Shown here in pieces: positions 35,218-35,721 of a stretch of DNA of 35,721 nt; within the stretch, counting starts at the first letter, position 1; each line of letters starts with the position of its first letter. A model generated the notes under the pieces. The model searched no databases and was not told where the DNA came from. It worked only from the letters and a program-made list of their open reading frames with translations. This DNA comes from Eubacteriales Family XIII. Incertae Sedis bacterium. GTDB taxonomy: Bacteria; Bacillota; Clostridia; Peptostreptococcales; Anaerovoracaceae. The translations under genes were made by a program, and so were the position numbers. The stretch lies in contig JAISML010000104.1 in the NCBI GenBank assembly GCA_031276775.1, positions 1 to 35,721 on the forward strand, in the 5' to 3' direction.

Positions 35218-35721
35218 ATGTTCGGTGTGAAAAAGGGATTTTTCGGCAAACTGCAACAGCGCATCGGGGACGCGATCCTCATGCGCCCCCGCGTCGACGA
35301 GGCGTTGATGGAGGACTTGGAGGAGATACTCATCACCTCCGACATAGGGATGGAAACGACCATGCGCATCATCGGGCGGCTCAGGGACGATGTGCGGGAG
35401 AACAGACTCTCCGACCCGGGCGACGTGGAGCGCCGGATCGCGGAGATCGTGGAAACGCTCGTCGATAAGGGGGAACGGCTCAGGATGCGCGGGGATTATC
35501 CGCTCATTGTTCTCATGATAGGGGTGAACGGCGGCGGCAAGACCACGACCATCGCCAAATTGGCCGCCATGTACAAGCGTGAGGGCAGGTCGGTTCTGCT
35601 CGCGGCGGCGGACACGTTCCGGGCGGCGGCGGCGGATCAACTCGCGGTGTGGGCGGAGCGGATCGGCGTGGACGTGATCCGCCACAGTGAGGGCGCGGAT
35701 CCCTCGGCGGTGATCTACGAC
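35218..35721 (+). CDS. ftsY: Signal recognition particle receptor FtsY (3'-truncated by the window edge)
   Basis: Not in the ORF track because no stop is reached. My translation from ATG 35218 gives [20 protein letters not shown] ... [21 protein letters not shown] ... [16 protein letters not shown], the FtsY N/G-domain motifs. Canonical smc-ftsY adjacency. Confidence 0.9.
   Translation, partial: MFGVKKGFFGKLQQRIGDAILMRPRVDEALMEDLEEILITSDIGMETTMRIIGRLRDDVRENRLSDPGDVERRIAEIVETLVDKGERLRMRGDYPLIVLMIGVNGGGKTTTIAKLAAMYKREGRSVLLAAADTFRAAAADQLAVWAERIGVDVIRHSEGADPSAVIYD

Noticed and set aside
33103-35685. 860-aa ORF on the minus strand, antisense to smc and ftsY
   Set aside because: Same shadow-ORF explanation. 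smc and ftsY on the + strand have unmistakable motifs, and the antisense product is low-complexity and R-rich.
1-35721. Search for tRNA, rRNA, CRISPR arrays, IS elements/transposases, integrases, phage genes, toxin-antitoxin pairs and known defence systems
   Set aside because: No intergenic space is large enough for an rRNA or tRNA cluster. No spaced direct-repeat array longer than the two short tandem repeats reported was seen. No ORF has transposase, integrase, nuclease or defence-type motifs. The stop codons used (TGA, TAA, TAG) indicate the standard genetic code.

Overview
High-GC (about 60%) chromosomal segment with Firmicutes/Clostridia-type core synteny (rplS-rbgA-rnhB; valS-folC; plsX-rnc-smc-ftsY). 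I support 28 protein-coding genes, 27 of them on the + strand. From left to right: (1) two very large polytopic membrane proteins plus galE; (2) an Opu/ProU-type ABC importer operon (permease-SBP fusion, embedded Cys-rich Fe-S protein, short CBS-less ATPase, second permease) followed by O-acetylhomoserine sulfhydrylase; (3) a phosphoglycosyl transferase plus hexapeptide acetyltransferase pair; (4) one lone minus-strand membrane gene with repeats in its leader; (5) rplS-rbgA-rnhB; (6) a folate C1 block metF-fhs-fchA-folD, translationally joined to larB and to a larC that lacks its C-terminal domain; (7) valS-folC-lipid kinase-GNAT; (8) an 862-aa PEP/pyruvate-binding (ATP-grasp) protein of unknown function directly upstream of plsX-rnc-smc-ftsY. 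I saw no rRNA, tRNA, CRISPR array, transposase/integrase or recognisable defence system, so this is mostly an ordinary housekeeping region. The best candidates for undescribed biology are the Fe-S-containing Opu-like operon linked to metY, the 862-aa PEP/pyruvate-binding protein with its phased 10-bp repeat leader, the orphan minus-strand gene with 3 x 19-bp leader repeats, and larB plus the truncated larC wired into the folate/valS operon. All functional calls come from motif recognition by eye and gene order; no database search or folding was run. Start codons are my best choice within the supplied ORFs and may be off by a few codons.
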